Part shown: in pieces, positions 12,591 through 25,908 of the stretch
How positions within the stretch are numbered: the stretch's first letter is position 1
Layout: every line of letters starts with the position of its first letter
Assembly: GCA_951406725.2 (NCBI GenBank)
Contig: OX597818.1
Span: 57,908,001 to 57,972,000, forward strand
Direction of reading: 5' to 3'
Origin: Octopus vulgaris
Taxonomy: Eukaryota
DNA length: 64,000 bases
The notes under the pieces: generated by a model
What the model saw: only the letters and a program-made list of their open reading frames with translations
The model's database searches: none
Told to the model about the DNA's origin: nothing
Translations under genes and position numbers: made by a program

Positions 12591-12970
12591 GAAGCACTCC
12601 ATCAGTTATGACGACGAGGGTTCCGGTTGATCCGATCAACGGAACAGCCTGCTCGTGAAATAAACGTGTAAGTGGCTGAGTACTCCACAGACACGTGTAC
12701 CCTTAACGTAGTTCTCGGGGATATTCAGCGTGACACAGAGAGTGACAAGACCGGCCCTTTGAAATACAGGTACAACAGAAACAGGAAGTAAGAGTGAGAG
12801 AAAGTTGTGGTGAAAGAGTACAGCAGGGATCACCACCATCCCTGCCGGAGCCTCGTGGAGTTTCGGTGTTTTCGCTCAATAAACACTCACAACGCCCGGT
12901 CTGGGAATCGAAACCGTGATCCTACGACCGCGAGTCCGCTGCCCTAACCCCTGGGCCATTGCGCCTCCAC
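12591..12970 (-). mobile_element. SINE-B, full length, 14-bp TSD
   Basis: tRNA-like head ggcgcaatggcccaggggttagggc...ttcgattccc; TSD agatgtttaaatag at 12574-12587 and 12971-12984. Confidence 0.93.
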
Positions 12971-13139
12971 AGATGTTTAAATAGCGTCACAATCAATAGC
13001 CGTATTAAATGTAAACTGTCTAATATATATTCTAAACTAATTACATCTGTGTCGTAAGCATGTTGAAGTCTGAGGTCATTTCGAAAGCGACCATAAACCC
13101 ACAAGCTTTAAACCAATGAATAAGGCATATATTGGCTGT

Positions 13140-13347
13140 AAAGTTTGGCAAAAGGCCAGAATTTTTAGGGTGAGTGTGAGTCGCTCACATCAGCTCTATT
13201 ACTCAACCGGCACTTAGTTTATCGATTCCGTAATAATGTACGGCAAACTGGATGTTGGCAGAATTTGAACCCAGAACTTAAAGAGTGACGAAATGGTAAC
13301 TAAGCATTTATCCCGGCGTGCTAACACTTCCGCTAGCTCACTGCCCT
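13140..13347 (-). mobile_element. diverged SINE-C copy
   Basis: cccggcgtgctaacacttccgctagctcactgcc head. Confidence 0.65.
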
Positions 13348-13441
13348 TTTTCAACGCAAATATTGGGAGCAATAACACACAAGACCAAAAGAAAGAAAGC
13401 TTGGGAATGAGTACGTAAATAGAAGAAGACCTCTACACATA

Positions 13442-13876
13442 GGCGTAGGAGTGGCTGTGTGGTAAGTAGCTTGCTTACCAACCACATGGTTTACCAACCA
13501 CATGGTTCAGGGTTCAGTCCCACTGCGTGGCACCTTGGGCATGTGTCTTCTACTATAGCCTCGGGTCGACCAAAGCTTTGTGAGTGGATTTGGTAGATGG
13601 AAACTGAAAGAAGCCCGTCGTATATATGTATATATATATATATATGTGTGTGTGTGTTTGTGTGTCTGTGTTTGTCCCCCCCCCCAACGTCGCTTGACAA
13701 CCGATGCTGGTGTGTTTACGTCTCCGCAACTTAGCGTTTCGGCAAAAGATACCGATATAATAAGTACTAGGCTTACAAATAATAAGTCCCGGGGTCGATT
13801 TGCTCGACTAAAGGCGGTGCTCCAGCATGGCCACAGTCAAATGACTGAAACAAGTAAAAGAGTAAAAGAGTAAAAA
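13442..13876 (+). mobile_element. SINE-A, full length
   Basis: Homology to 3013-3427; 16-bp tandem duplication in head. Confidence 0.9.
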
Positions 13877-14470
13877 GTATATCCGAGTAATCTAGCTTAG
13901 GCTGATCGTCATTTCACTTTGTGGATAGACATGCTACTTGTCTAGAAATATATTGGTCAGTGATTATCCAGCTTAAACTTAGAGAAACAATAACATGAGA
14001 TTGTTAACACCAACTATTGAAACAAGAAGTGTCTCTCATACTTCTTCAATATAGTGCAGAATAGTATACAATAATACAGAATATTATACAATAACACTTC
14101 TTCAGGATCTTTTGAAAGACAAGGGCGTATCATATAGCATTATTTACAATTCGTTACGGCTGAACTAACAAAACACTTCCTTGAAAGTTTTCTCTTATAA
14201 TCATGATCGTTATGCTTGTAAATTGCTCTGCACTATTACTTCTGTTTGAATTTGAATCGCCCCTCTCTCTATCTCTCTCTCTATCTCCTCCATTTGTTTC
14301 TCCCCCTCTTATCGTATGTATACAACCTAGAAGTGTCACTGACTCTATCCACTTCATTTTCCTCTTAAGAACGTGTACGATGCACATTTCAGGTTTGAGA
14401 GACTTTTACGAGAGGCAATAATAACTTTAATATGTTTCAGTCTTAAGACCATGATTAAAACATTAATAGT

Positions 14471-14503
<33 letters not shown>

Positions 14504-15553
14504 TTATCAAGAATACGTCCAAAGTAACGCATTCCACTATAGCGGTGCTTGCTTCAACAAAAATATCCGTTAGAGAAAAATGAATGCCGTTATGTTATGT
14601 AAGAACACTTGTTTCATTTGTAGCCTGCGTTCTGTAGTACTGAAATATATAATCTAATACAGTCTCTCGCATGAGAAAACATGTTAACAGTTTTTCCGAT
14701 CTCTTTGCTACTCGTGACTATAATGTGTTGTAGATGGTAACGCAATGTATGTACGTGACCTAATGGATGCACACTTTAAAACGTCTGCCTTAATGTCGGA
14801 TTAGAATCCATGCCAGAAAGTATATTCTTTTGTCTTCGTAGTAGCTTCATGCAATGGTATACTTGGGTAAAAGATAAAATTCCAATTATTAGCACGTGGA
14901 AATCTGTAATTAAATACTCAGTGTATTTATTTGATTCCAAAACTGCTACAGAATGCCATGCGACCCAATTAATCAATCTACTTTTAAACGAAAATACGTG
15001 AGATAGCGCGAGTGCCAGAAAGTTACACAAATATAAATACATTTGTCATGGTTTGTTTATGAGTGAAAGTCCTCAAATCAGTCGGATTCTAAGCACTTTT
15101 TTAATAACTCTGGTTTTTTGCCTATATGGCCATGTCTGTCCTAGTATAATTCTAGTTATGTGTGCATATATACATGCTTACCTGTATCTATATAGACCTA
15201 TCTAGCGATTATACTTATGACATTATTAACATGTTAACTTCTATGCCCAAAGAGGATCAACAATGTTTCTCTGACAAACAGCAGGCTTTTTATAAGACTC
15301 TCGTCAACGCTATTACAGTTTTTTCTGTTACTATTATACAATGTGTTTAGTATGTACTCGGTTTCACATTCATTAGTTTCAGACATTGGACGGATGTCAC
15401 CCTAAGTGATAGAATATAAATATCTTACTTGAATATTTTGGCTGTTTTTGGATGTTCATCTGCTGAAGGTGTGTCGTTAATTCAATATTGCTGCAAAAGA
15501 TGGTAAAAATATGGATTATTAAATAATTCTACTTCATTATTGAGGTGTTATAA

Positions 15554-15610
<57 letters not shown>

Positions 15611-15729
15611 TCCGAAGACTACACTACAGTGGACGCAAGCGCTATTATATGATTTATAACAACAGGTGACATTATAATGAATATCTGTAAATATAAATCC
15701 ATCCAGATTTCTGAGTACCTCATTTCTTG

Positions 15730-15784
<55 letters not shown>

Positions 15785-15791
15785 CGCGCGC

Positions 15792-15862
<71 letters not shown>

Positions 15863-15874
15863 TGAGTGTGTATA

Positions 15875-16015
15875 AGGTGGGCTGCCTGTAGTTTCCGGCT
15901 ACCAAATCCACTATCAAGGCTTTGCCTGCCCCGAGACTGTATCGGAAGACATTACTCAAAGGGACCACGGGGTGGGTTTGAATCCAGAACTTTTGGTTTG
16001 GAAGCAAGCTTCTTG
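15875..16015 (-). mobile_element. diverged SINE-A 5' part
   Basis: agtttccggctaccaaatccact.tcaaggcttt. Confidence 0.6.
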
Positions 16016-17170
16016 AGAAACATATATTGTTTTAAGATGCCTGATTTCCTTACAAAATAAAGTATGAGTGTGATTAAACACTGGCAAAACGTTGAGGAGA
16101 AATGAACGGACACGGCAGAGCATCTGCATCAACATGTCCAACATGTAGATACACACGGACAATATTTAAAAAAAACCCAATTTATGCATACATTAAACAA
16201 TCAAATAATATGCTCTTATATTCATGCAAAACATATGAATCGTTTTCTTTCAACTATGAATTATTTAGTATATTTTATTTAACACGACTGCTTGTAAATG
16301 ACAGAAACATTTATTGGAATACAGTTTAAAATTGACCGTAGCAAAAGTTTTGAAATTATAGTTATGTTTGATATAGAATACAAATATATCGGATTAATTT
16401 ATGTCACTCTATGAATAAGAGCATAATTGAAGTGAGGTGAAAAAACGGTCAAAATCGATCAATTATATTATTTATTAGTATCTAGGAATCATTTTCTCCA
16501 ACAGACAGTCGAGAGAAGAAACGTATTTCCCATCTTCTTTTCTGATTTCTCTCTTCGTCACTGCACACATAAGTACATATAATTAACTGAAACTTTACTA
16601 CCAACATTCCTGAAAGTAGTAACATCTCTTTTAATCACTAACATAGTAATCAAAGCGTACATTTCTGTAAAAGATATACTAAGCAAAGTAAACAACTATT
16701 TCATTATGGACGTAAAAAGAAAACCAACGAGTCGGTGAATGTATATTAGTCATATATCAGAATCTTCAAGATGTTCATGGATGACTGCTCATCTGTGAAA
16801 GTTGTGGTTACGAAATTACAAATGAGAATGCTGTTCAGGAAGTCGATCTATTCTAGTTATTTTTAGATATTAGGAAATCGATTTCCTATCATGCACAATA
16901 TGGTTCAATATTAAACGACATATCTTGTCGCTAATATATATTGAAGGTTACGCTATGAAAATATTTAATATAACGGTTAGTAAATATAGCTCTTGGCTAC
17001 AGGAATCTAGCTTCAATAGCAACTTTAAAGTATATTTACGTATGGTATTAATAAAAGTGCTACAACCGACTCGAAAAAGAAACAACGTCAATGCAACTAT
17101 TAAGAAGAAGACGGCAAAGTTTAAAAGATAATAATAATAATAATAATAATAATAATTATTATTATTATTA

Positions 17171-17219
<49 letters not shown>

Positions 17220-17220
<1 letters not shown>

Positions 17221-17776
17221 ATGCCCTGATGCATTACCAGACAGTGGCTCTCGTGGCTGCTGATCTTAACTGATTGGAAGTGCTATCATGTACATTGTTT
17301 TGTCTTGGTATAAAAGATGGACTACAGCAAATATTCTGCTCAATACCACAGATTTGCTTGTCAGTTGTTTGACCTTAATCAGTTGAGCATGTCCCTTAGT
17401 GGCTGGCAATATGTGCATCTCTGATCACAAGCAGAAGTAGTGGGAGAGCGTCATAGCCATCTGTTGAAAGGAATTCTTAGAGGTTAGGATAATTCACCTC
17501 TGGAAACATGGGTGTTTCGTTCAACATCCTTAAACAATCCTTATTCAGGGACCTTTTGAGTGGAATGGGCTACTCGACTAGAAGAAAATTCTAACTGGGC
17601 CCCACCTGCAAGGTCATGTACTGTTTATCTTGATATGTGTTCACCATGTAGCACACATACGGTTGTGATGCATGTGCCTAGTGTACCCTTATCAGACAGG
17701 TAGTCATGATAGGTATACCGGGCTTCGTATATTTTACCCCAGTGTCACTTTGATGGCATGCACTGCTCTCTCACTC
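17220..17776. mobile_element. unclassified ~560-bp interspersed repeat between (ATT)n and (AAT)n tracts
   Basis: Homologues at 6118-6320 (same strand) and 49312-49748 (opposite strand). Confidence 0.75.
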
Positions 17777-17814
<38 letters not shown>

Positions 17815-18839
17815 ATGCATACATCCATCCATCTATACATACGTACATACATACATACATACATACATACATACATACATACATACATACATACATACAT
17901 ACATACATACATACATACATGCATACAGTATGGACGAGTGTCAGTGAGCTGCCGGGAAGATAGATCACATCTGAAACCATCACGAATCAGGAATTAAGAA
18001 TCCACAAAAACAATGAAACAATGGAAGGCAAGAATGGTTTTCCCAAATAGCTTTTCCCAGATGCACTTTCCTGCAACATGTGCGTAAAAATCTAAACACT
18101 GCAATATTTCTATACGAAAACTGCAAATCCGCGAGTAAAATTGTTGAATGTTAAATCTTAATTACTTATACATTCATATTTGTACAAGGCCTCTCTATAT
18201 ATGCACATTGCTGATTCTTCTCGGTCTTTCTCTGATACATCAGTAATAAATATAACTGCGAAAGAAACATCAACACACGTCCATGGGCGATATTCAGTTA
18301 AACAAGTAAATGCTGTAAAAAGGACACACGGCCCATAACAAAAGAAACCAAATGAGAAAGAAGCGTGGACATATAGCCATAAGTACTACGAAATATTTGA
18401 ATCATGATTTACACACGTTACTATGCAATACTCTACGAAAAACACAGGAATAAACTCATACCGTACACAACAAATTGAACAAAGCACACTACATGTACCA
18501 TAAAAGGTCGATACCCGACAGAAGAATACAACACACAATACAAAACCTAGTGCAACAGAAGACTCAAACAAAACCCCATAATAAAACATACCCATACAAT
18601 ACAATATACACCCTCAAAAGATGCAACACAAACCACCTCATCAGCACAAATGTGTGACAAATGTTGCAATAGAAAGTTGCTTGAAATTATCAAATGTCGA
18701 AGAATAATAGCGGTGATGAAGGTTGGCGACAAGATTTACCTTACCTCAGTTTATGAGAGACAGGAGTTTCCGAAGAAATTCTGATTGAAACAGCGAACAT
18801 TAAGCTGGTCATTTTAGAGGAAGACCTCTCGCTCGGCAA

Positions 18840-19730
18840 TGGTTCTGTAAAGATGCAGACTGATCACAGGTGTTGACCTAATACAGTATCAGCAGATAAT
18901 AGAGTACGGAGGAAGAAGCGGACCAGCGACGAAAACAGGATAGTGATGCAGTGCTACTTAGAAAGTGAACCTAAAAGGAGCTATAAAGAAATCGGCTGTT
19001 AACACATTGGGTACAGAAGGGTATGTATAAAGTGACTGAGCAGAGATTAGAGGATGATCAAACTAATGCTATTAGGAGAACAAAGTGCATGACAGAATTG
19101 GAGGTCGAAGAGATCACAAGATAACTGGGACAGAAAAGCGAAGCGTTGGAAAAGACAAACAGCAACATAAGAGACACAGCTCAAACGAAAGAACCTAAAG
19201 GGAAAAAATAAAAGCGCTACCAATATGAAATGGATAACTGACACCAGCGATTTAAGTGAGGAAGATGAAAAGGTTTGAGATTAGTTGCTGTAAGTAATTG
19301 GTAAAAAAATACGAAAACCATTGCCAGCATTAAAAGACACCAACAGAAGGAAGCTGCTAGAAATGACTAGGAAATTAGATTCTGTTATCAGTAGGATAGG
19401 TGCTAAAAATATAGAAGACACTAACTTATTTATAGAAGATACTAACTTATTAATCTATGCGGAAGGGGTAGTAGTCACTAGAATATTAAATACCTCACGA
19501 TGAAAGATTATTTTAAAATAGCAAATGTGGAAAAGAAGATTATAAAATAAAGTTAATATTTTAAGGCAAGATAGATGTCAGTTGAAATGAAGCCTGGAAA
19601 CTGAATAAGTTAGGAAACACAAGATACAAATCTTCCGTTGAGAAAAAAAGATACTGATTCAAAGAGAAAGAATTTCGGACAGTAACAGACAAATTGAAAC
19701 AGCGTATCGTAGCAGTGGGGCGAACAGTAG
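18840..19730 (+). pseudogene. R4/Dong-clade non-LTR retrotransposon N-terminal ORF relic
   Basis: RRKKRTSDENRIVMQCYLESEPKR / RNRLLTHWVQKGMYKVTEQRLEDDQTNAIRRTKCMTELEVEEI; LPALK...IEDTNLLIYA.GVVVT; MWKRRL; KLKQRIVA, which I recall as typical of R4/Dong N-termini. Confidence 0.7.
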
Positions 19731-20707
19731 AATTTTCAGGGAAATACTTTATGATAGTTCATTTAACAAATATCATTATGATATAACTGTACTATCTCAA
19801 TATTCATATTAAATACATAATTAAAAAGAAGCAAAAATGTTATGATTTATTTCCGAAACATTGTTCTTTGTCATCATCTTTTTATTCTGAAACTACTGCA
19901 AAACTTTAAGACTATAACATATCATACACACATTATTAAATAAAACAGGCGATATTTCATTCCCTTCCCCAGGATATCTTTCGTATTACCCGTGCATTTG
20001 TTCATATGATAAAGAGTGAAGTCTTCCCTCTGTCTTTTCCGTGTCACGCACCCGTTCCTTTACATGTGGAACGTCTATGTACGTCTTTGATGTATTATAT
20101 CATATATGTAAAACATTAGTCTCCACCCCAACACCACCACCAAACAATATCATTTCAATCAATAAATATTAATTTTGAAAGTGCGTCATGAAAAGCAAAT
20201 GAGAGTAAGATAAGAAATTTCGTTGGTATACAGAACTAAATAAAAGAAAACTAAAAAATATACAAACAAATATGTGAATCAATTACGAATCAGTACGTCA
20301 AATGAAATAAATATAAAACTTTCACTTCGAATTTGATATCACTAAAAAAGTATTAAAAAAAGTAATGAAGTGATAAACTAGACATTTGGTAATATAATTT
20401 TACAACATATATTTAAAATATAGATCCATAGGCAATGAAACTTTTTGCACAACAATTTGAATAAAAGTTCTTATTAAAATCAGAGTTAAAATGTGTCCGT
20501 TAAAATCATAGGTTGTGTTTATACAAAACCGAATCGACAATATAAAACTATTCGTTCATAAATAGATTGAATTGACTTGAAACATTTCTATTTTAATCTC
20601 TTTCTAACTAAATACCAAATATCTGCCATTGTCTGTCGGTCTCTCTCTCCCTCTCCCTCACTTTATCTCACTCTCTCTACCTCCTTACCTCTCCCTCAGT
20701 CTCTCAC

Positions 20708-20716
20708 TATATATAC

Positions 20717-20748
<32 letters not shown>

Positions 20749-20787
20749 ATGTATATGTGTATATATATATATATATGTATGTATATG

Positions 20788-20883
<96 letters not shown>

Positions 20884-20966
20884 TTGTATGTATATATATA
20901 TGTATATGTATATATATATATGCATGTATATATATATATGCATGTATGTATATATATGCATGTATG

Positions 20967-21007
<41 letters not shown>

Positions 21008-21062
21008 ATATGAGTGTAAGTGTGTGTGTGTGTATGTGTGCGCGTGTCAGTGTATGTATGCA
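20708..21062. repeat. long degenerate (TA)n/(TATG)n/(TG)n tract
   Basis: Direct reading. Confidence 0.95.
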
Positions 21063-21478
21063 GATGTATCCGTGGTGTATTTGTGATGTGATAGGTTATT
21101 CAATAACATTGTTCTCAGTAGGGTTATTAAAAAAACATTTTGTTGCTAGGGGTAATTTTTAGACAAAATAAAACCTCGATGTTACATAAAATATTTTTAC
21201 TCCAAATAGAAGATTATAATAAAATTTGTATATCCATAAACTTGCGCATCCATAAACTTTTGGAACTGAAATAATTATTTATGAATTGTTTCTAATATTT
21301 TAATATCATACATTAGAGTTTCTTTTTTTTCTCATTACATTTCAACGATTTTTAAATCCGTTCTTCCATAGCAAAAATTGTTTTGTAAATGTATATTTCG
21401 ATAATATAATTTCTATGGAGACTCATAAAGACATACACAGTGTCTTACTCTCTATATATTTGAGATACAACGTATCTC

Positions 21479-21522
<44 letters not shown>

Positions 21523-21524
21523 TG

Positions 21525-21596
21525 TATAATTATTTTACCATTTTCTACCTTGATTTTTTTCCATATATATCATCTTTTGTGTTTCTTTTCAACCTT

Positions 21597-21640
<44 letters not shown>

Positions 21641-21647
21641 CACACAG

Positions 21648-21705
<58 letters not shown>

Positions 21706-22100
21706 GTGTGTGTGTGTAGAAGGTTGAAAAGGAACACACGGGTTGATATATATGGAAAAGAGTCAAGGTAGAAAATGCTATAATAATTTTATAAAAAACA
21801 TGTCAGTACCGGTTTCAGTCATTGAGACCTTTTCAACTGTATGTATGGAAAACAATTAAATTTTGAAAAAATTAAAAGAAAAGTTTTAAAAAGAATATTC
21901 CCATAGTATACAAATACAAGGCGCATTTTCCTTGTTTCTGCCTGTCTCTCTCTTTCTTGTTTACTCTTGTGGGTTTCGAGGTCATTGTGAATTCTTGGTA
22001 GGGAAGAAGAAGTAGGAGGAGGAGGAGGAGGAGGAGGAAGAGAAGAAGAAGTAGTAGAAGAAGTAGTAGTAGAAGAAGAAGTAGTAGTAGTAGTAGTAGC

Positions 22101-22141
<41 letters not shown>

Positions 22142-22500
22142 GAAAAGAAGAATAAGAAGAATAAGAAGAATAAGAATAAGAATAAGAATAAGAATAACAA
22201 GAATAAGAATAAAAATAAGAATGCTGGAGTGTCATGATAATAGTATGTTAAATGGTCATATGCCCTGAGAGTGACACGGTGTGGACGGTAGTAGTGATTG
22301 AATTCTTGAGACATCTGTTTTGAATATATTGTTTATAAAATTTGAGTAGGGGTTATTCTAAACAGCAATAGTGTTAAAGTTAGGAAGGCGGTTGCGGTGA
22401 TGAGGGACGACGAAGAAAAAGAAGGAGAAAGAGAAGGGAGAATAAGAAGGAATGTAGGTAGTATGAGAGTTAAATGGTCAAGTTACATAAAATGACTCTC
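21525..22500 (-). mobile_element. PLE 3' fragment (same family as 2765-4838) with inverted partial terminus across a microsatellite
   Basis: 21715-21960 resembles 4418-4660; 21525-21600 is an inverted copy of 21715-21790; UUGAAAA motif at 21806-21840. Confidence 0.75.
22003..22222. repeat. purine-rich compound microsatellite (GGA)n(AGT)n(AGAATA)n
   Basis: Direct reading. Confidence 0.95.
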
Positions 22501-22737
22501 TATCTCTATAATATATATATATATATAGGCAGTTTCTCGACCAGTGCTTTTGGGCAATTACAGACCCTCTCAGTACATATGTATACAAATATGTGTTTTA
22601 ACGATAGCGTTAGAGCTTTTTAACTTTTATTCCTAGCAATGTGGGCTTTGTCATATCCTAGTCATATTTATAACGACAATTATAGTTTTCCTTTTTGGTA
22701 GCACATTCCACAGAGATGTATATATATATATACATAC

Positions 22738-22805
<68 letters not shown>

Positions 22806-23817
22806 TAATAAGCCAAACATACTTTGTAGTGGTAAGCAGGTTCGTCTTGACCTTCTGTTACAGAATAGTGATCACTAGATTGTCTCTTTTGTTTCCGTTC
22901 GGGGGATATTACTACGGCACATTCTGCTATATACTTTGGTGCCACATTCCGTTAATGCGCACACTATTCATGAGATTAATCACATATTTTGTAAAAGCAA
23001 AAGTGTAATTAATATGTTTAATTTTAAACAGACGCAATGAAGAATACCTGAATTATTTCAGTGAAAGATATCTTAATAATACTATAAAAAGTTCCAACTT
23101 TGTTTTCGCTATAATGAACTACAGATTACGTTTATGAATTTGCGAAGTTTAAAAGACAAAAACAGAAATATATAAAGTGTGCTATAATGGTATTTAAATT
23201 CGAAAACATGTGCGATATTCAAGTAAATAATCACCTGAGAATACTGACCGTATGAGAAATGCCTATCAGCATTAATACAGCTTCGAAAATGATTAATTGT
23301 TGATATAGCATAGTGTAATTATTTTGCAATTCTTAACGCAATGACATCTTGCCCCGGAAAAACAAAATTAATGAAAACATGGCTTCCTTTAGCAGTCGAA
23401 AATAAAAGCAAAGTATAACGTAAAATATTTAATGTTCTTTTCTAAATTTCCCCAAAGAATACTACTTGAAGAATTGTAAATATTTCACAAGACATCACCT
23501 GTGTTGCAGTTAACAGACGCTGCAAAATAGTGTGTTCAGCGTGTAGCAACAAAAACAAAGTTACGTATTTGCTACAGTGAAAACATTCGTTTCATATAAT
23601 TGAATACTGCTGGGATTGCTGGATTTATCATAAGCTTATTATTCTCTCTGTTTAAGGATTATAAACTGCTCGTTGTGCATTGTTATTCAAATTTAGGTTG
23701 AAATAATAAAGTGTTATCAGAACATAGGTGCTGACCATCATTTGTCGATATATTAATCTTACATTTTCTCTAACGGCAAAGACATCTGCGTTTACGTGTT
23801 CGATTGTGTATACTTGT

Positions 23818-24208
23818 GCAGGAGTGGCTGTGTGGTAAGTAGCTTGTTTACCAACCGCATGGTTCCGGGTTCAGTCCCACTGCGTGGCACCTTGGGCAAG
23901 TGTCTTCTACTATAGCCTCGGGCCGACCAAAGCCTTGTGAGTGGATTTCGTAGACAGAAACTGAAAGAAGCCTGTCGTATATATGTATATATATGTATAT
24001 GTATGTGTGTGTTTGTGTGTCTGTGTTTGTCCCCCTAGCATTGTGGTCTGTTTATGTCCCCGTTACTTAGCGGTTCGGCAAAAGAGACCGATAGAATAAG
24101 TACTAGGCTTACAAAGAATAATCCCGGGGTCGATTTGGTCGACTAAAGGCGGTGCTCCAGCATGGCCACAGTCAAATGACTGAAACAAGTAAAAGAGTAA
24201 AAGAGAGT
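23818..24208 (+). mobile_element. SINE-A, full length
   Basis: Homology to other copies. Confidence 0.9.
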
Positions 24209-24718
24209 ATGTAGATATGTGTTTTATAACAGTCAATTTGCAGTGGTATAATTTTAATTATCTGACACGTAATGGGGAAAAAGGACCGACATTTGAAAGT
24301 AATCATTCATCAGTCGCTAGAAATGGCAGCAAAATACCTCGCTAAACACATCTGCGATAAATGTGATCTTTATAAAATTAGATTTTGATAAAATTGCTAT
24401 TCACTATCACTCATACTTTGAAAACATTGCTATGTATCCTAAACTAATAGCGCATGGTATGACGTTCGTGCATGAATATCTCTTCAAACATCTTGGGGGC
24501 ATTCCCCGGAGGAACCCATTACGAAATGAGAAATATATATCTGTTGTACAGTAAAACATTCACCTATGGCCTTAGCAACATGTAGCATCTAAAATACCTA
24601 TTTTTTTTTTACTATATGATTTTACCGGTGTTTTTACTGTTTTGGATAGCAGTGAGACATAGACGTTATATTGAAATATATTAACCTTCTCAACAAATGT
24701 GTTTTCTTCTTATTTCAA

Positions 24719-24755
<37 letters not shown>

Positions 24756-24812
24756 TATTGAGATTATACAATAGATTTTAAGGAGTAGAGTATAAACAAA
24801 TGTTGTAGACAT

Positions 24813-25127
24813 TCTTAGAAAGACTCCGAGGGTCCCAGCTGATGCGATCAACGGAACAGCTTGCTCGCGAAATTAACGTGCAAAAGGCTGAGCATTCCAC
24901 AGACACGTGTACCCTTAACGTAGTTCTCGGGGATAATCAGCGTGACACAGAGAGTGACAAGGCTGACCCTTTGAAATACAAGTACAACTCATTTTTGCCA
25001 GCTGAGTGGACTGGAGCAACGTGAAATAAAGTGTCTTGCTCAAGGACACAACGCGTCGCCGGGAATCGAACTCACAACCTTACGATCATGAGCCGAATGC
25101 CCTAACCACTAAGCCACGCGCCCTCAC
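24813..25127 (-). mobile_element. hybrid SINE (D-like head and CORE-like segment, B-type 3' half), 12-bp TSD
   Basis: TSD tgttgtagacat at 24801-24812 and 25128-25139. Confidence 0.85.
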
Positions 25128-25199
25128 TGTTGTAGACATAGAAGCTTTCTAGTGACGTAGCAGTCACCATAACTGATTTGTGCGTAGCGTTTGTTTGGA

Positions 25200-25857
25200 C
25201 TATTGAAAAATACCTGATTGTTCGATGATAAAGCAATTTTAAAACGTTTAAGGGAATATAAAAAAAAGAATTCCAAATATAAATACGCCATCTTAAATCT
25301 AGTATGAAATAAAGACATTATCCATGTAGAGATTTGAGGAGCCATTGCAATTAACTGAGCACGAAGGAAAAAAATATACTTTGCGAAGTCATTGCAAATT
25401 GATAAAAAAAAACTCATACAAAAGGAGTCAAGCTGTATTTCCCACAAGGAAATATGCTTTTATGACTGTTATAATCGATCTTGATTCGTCCGTCACAATT
25501 CTCTTCAAAAGGAATTCATTATGCATCCACAAACAATTGTCGCTAGACATTCGTTGGGCCATGTTCTCTTCATTCAGTTGATGTACGACCCAAACACAGA
25601 ACCGGCTCACGTGACCACATTCATGAAGAAGGTTTACAAAACTATATTTGGATCATTCTAGTCGTATAACTGGAATGGATGTCGACTAACTCCTTTACTT
25701 TGCCGCTGTGAACCTCAGTTGGTTGGTCATAGCGAGGTGCATTTGGAATGGAAAAAGATCCCGATCGAAATTGTGAAAATAATTTCTAGAATACACACTC
25801 CATGACAGCATCCCTTCTGAACGCATCACATATCGTCCTGCAGATTTAGACTGCTTT

Positions 25858-25860
<3 letters not shown>
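25200..25860 (-). pseudogene. mariner transposase relic (HTH to first catalytic D)
   Basis: ICDAFRRDAV...FSQFRSGSFSIPNAPR..QPTEV...YTTR / WVVHQLNEENMAQRMS...NEFLLKRIVTDE (WVPHEL-like and RIVTGDE-like motifs). Confidence 0.8.

Positions 25861-25905
<45 letters not shown>

Positions 25906-25908
<3 letters not shown>

Noticed and set aside
12636-12839. Recurrent near-identical small ORFs (MVVIPAVLFHH..., ...DTCPRCHAVGLNPEP..., ...RPRKDERQSRP...)
   Set aside because: Incidental frames in SINE-B, SINE-A and SINE-C, not a gene family
15235-15402. Possible minus-strand coding exon after a ttag acceptor (GDIRPMSETNECETEY...)
   Set aside because: No recognisable homology or partner exons; length compatible with chance
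17960-18050. ITNQELR motif resembling a Crypton recombinase TNHSLR
   Set aside because: Too short and degenerate; catalytic His absent
20577-21162. Long ORFs rich in YI, HT, CV, LSIY or poly-N/Y (here and throughout)
   Set aside because: Translations of stop-free microsatellites
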